DNA of 63,912 nucleotides, the filler included, from Sandaracinaceae bacterium (GTDB lineage Bacteria; Myxococcota_A; Polyangia; Polyangiales; JADJQN01): the NCBI GenBank assembly GCA_947483975.1. It is 3 parts of 3 records of this genome, joined end to end, with 100 filler letters (N's around TTAATTAATTAA, not from the genome) between each part and the next. Parts side by side here need not be neighbours in the genome. Positions count along the whole stretch, not along the records: positions 49,686 to 63,912 come from CANKOL010000112.1; 2 more parts are not named here. One strand, 5' to 3'. The translations under genes were made by a program, and so were the position numbers. The notes below the pieces were generated by a model, which was given only the letters and a program-made list of their open reading frames with translations, ran no database searches and was not told the origin of the DNA. How positions within the stretch are numbered: the stretch's first letter is position 1; every line of letters begins with the position of its first letter. Positions 62,629 through 63,912 of this stretch are shown here, piece by piece.

Positions 62629-63912
62629 TCACACCACGTCGACCCAGACGCGCGGGCGCTCGACGCGCGCGACCCCGACGCGCTCGAGGTGCGCGAGCAC
62701 CTGCAGGACGCACGCGTCGTCCCACGCATCACCCAGGATTTGCAGGCCGATCGGCAGCCCTTCGCGGTCCTTGCCGACGGGCGCGGTGCCGGCGGGGAGC
62801 CCCGTCAGGTTGCCGAGGAAGGCGTAGCGACAGAGCGAGTCGAGCACCGGCGGATCGACGAAGCCGTGCCGAAATTCCTCGTCCGTCACGCGCGGCGCGG
62901 TCTTCGCCGTCGTCGGCATCGCGATCACGTCGACCCCGGCGAGCAGCCGCGCGAGCTCGGCGCGCAGCGTGACGCGGAGGCACTGCGCGTCGACGTAAGC
63001 GTCGCCGTCGAGCTCGGAGAGCACGGCGAGCGAGACGGTCAGGTCGTCCCCGATGCGGTTCGCGTGGTGCACGCGCGCCTCGCGGAGCCCGCTGAGCGCC
63101 TCGGCGCCGATGGTCGGATAGCCGATCGCCGGCGCGTATTTCATGAGCTCGCCCGCGATCGGCACGAGCACGGCGCCGTCCTTCTCGAGGGCCGCGAGCG
63201 CCGCGCGACACGCCGAGGCGACCTCCGGGTCGGCGTCGCGCCACTCCTCGTCGTCGACGCCGATGCGCAGCCCGCGCACGCCGCGCCCGAGCGCGCCGAG
63301 CGTGCTCGAGGGCGTCGTGCCGCGCGTCAGCTCGTCGCGCGGATCTTCGCCCGAGACCGCGTCCGTGAAGACGGCGAGGTCGTGCACCGAGCGCCCGAGC
63401 GGACCGAGGTGATTGACCGTGCCGCCGAAAGCATCGCCGCCGCGCGAGATGCGGCCGAACGTCGGCTTCAGGCCGAAGATGCCGCAGAGCGCGGCGGGCG
63501 TGCGGATCGAGCCGCCGCCGTCTGCGCCGAGCGCGACGGGCACGAGGCCGGTCGCGACGCCGACGCCCGCGCCGGTCGAGCTGCCGCCGGCCGTGTGCCC
63601 GACCGCGTGCGGGTTGCGCGGCATCGTGCGGTGCGGGTTGTAGCCGACGGGCGTCATGCCGTACTCGGTCATGGGCGAAGTGCCCAGAATTACAGCGCCC
63701 GCAGCGCGTAGCCGCGCGACGACGCTCGCGTCGGTCATAGCGCGCGCGGCCGAGAGGTACGTCGTGCCGAGCATCGTCGGCAGGCCGACGACGTCCGACT
63801 GCTCCTTGATCGTGACGGGCACGCCGTCGAGCGGGCCGAGCGGCGCGCCGCGCTTCCAGCGCTCGGTCGAGGCGTCGGCGGCGGCGAGCGCGACGGCCTC
63901 GTCGGCGTCGAG
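62629..63912 (-). CDS. Amidase signature (AS) family enzyme, 5' end beyond the window
   Basis: GPLDGVPVTIKE, GGSSTG, LGADGGGSIRTPAALCG, GLKPTFGR. Frame stays open to 63912. Confidence 0.93.
   Translation of the reverse strand, partial: LDADEAVALAAADASTERWKRGAPLGPLDGVPVTIKEQSDVVGLPTMLGTTYLSAARAMTDASVVARLRAAGAVILGTSPMTEYGMTPVGYNPHRTMPRNPHAVGHTAGGSSTGAGVGVATGLVPVALGADGGGSIRTPAALCGIFGLKPTFGRISRGGDAFGGTVNHLGPLGRSVHDLAVFTDAVSGEDPRDELTRGTTPSSTLGALGRGVRGLRIGVDDEEWRDADPEVASACRAALAALEKDGAVLVPIAGELMKYAPAIGYPTIGAEALSGLREARVHHANRIGDDLTVSLAVLSELDGDAYVDAQCLRVTLRAELARLLAGVDVIAMPTTAKTAPRVTDEEFRHGFVDPPVLDSLCRYAFLGNLTGLPAGTAPVGKDREGLPIGLQILGDAWDDACVLQVLAHLERVGVARVERPRVWVDVV

Overview
Very GC-rich bacterial DNA. 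The gene content (MYXO-CTERM protease, Agl-type TolQ/R motors, Cys-rich lipoproteins with D-L/A-G linkers) points to Myxococcota, probably Polyangia; this is inference. The window is three unrelated contigs joined by N44-TTAATTAATTAA-N44 linkers (1-24823, 24924-49585, 49686-63912), so adjacency across the linkers means nothing. Contig 1 carries a disintegrin-like Cys-repeat lipoprotein with a TPR partner, a CapA-family protein, an 85-bp tandem repeat, Lon, a membrane HExxH peptidase, two back-to-back MotA/TolQ + 2x ExbD/TolR motor operons, a rhodanese/MauE pair, a matrixin, an OmpA-family protein and a sulfatase-like hydrolase. Contig 2 carries class II ribonucleotide reductase nrdJ with candidate NrdR and phased DnaA-like boxes, three AIM24 paralogs, and a ~11.7-kb amine-catabolic cluster (HDAC-family deacetylase, GNAT fused to a eukaryote-type GABA aminotransferase, a second class III aminotransferase, a PuuB-like FAD oxidase, two aldehyde dehydrogenases, a polar amino-acid ABC importer). 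That cluster is the best candidate for an undescribed pathway: acetyl-protected rather than gamma-glutamyl-protected amine degradation. Contig 3 carries a 32-bp repeat forming a chain of ATGA-coupled mini-ORFs into a GDPD gene, TetR-RND and ABC exporters, a hemerythrin diguanylate cyclase, lipoproteins and a partial amidase. No rRNA, tRNA, CRISPR array or mobile element was recognised. All family calls come from motifs read by eye, not database searches.
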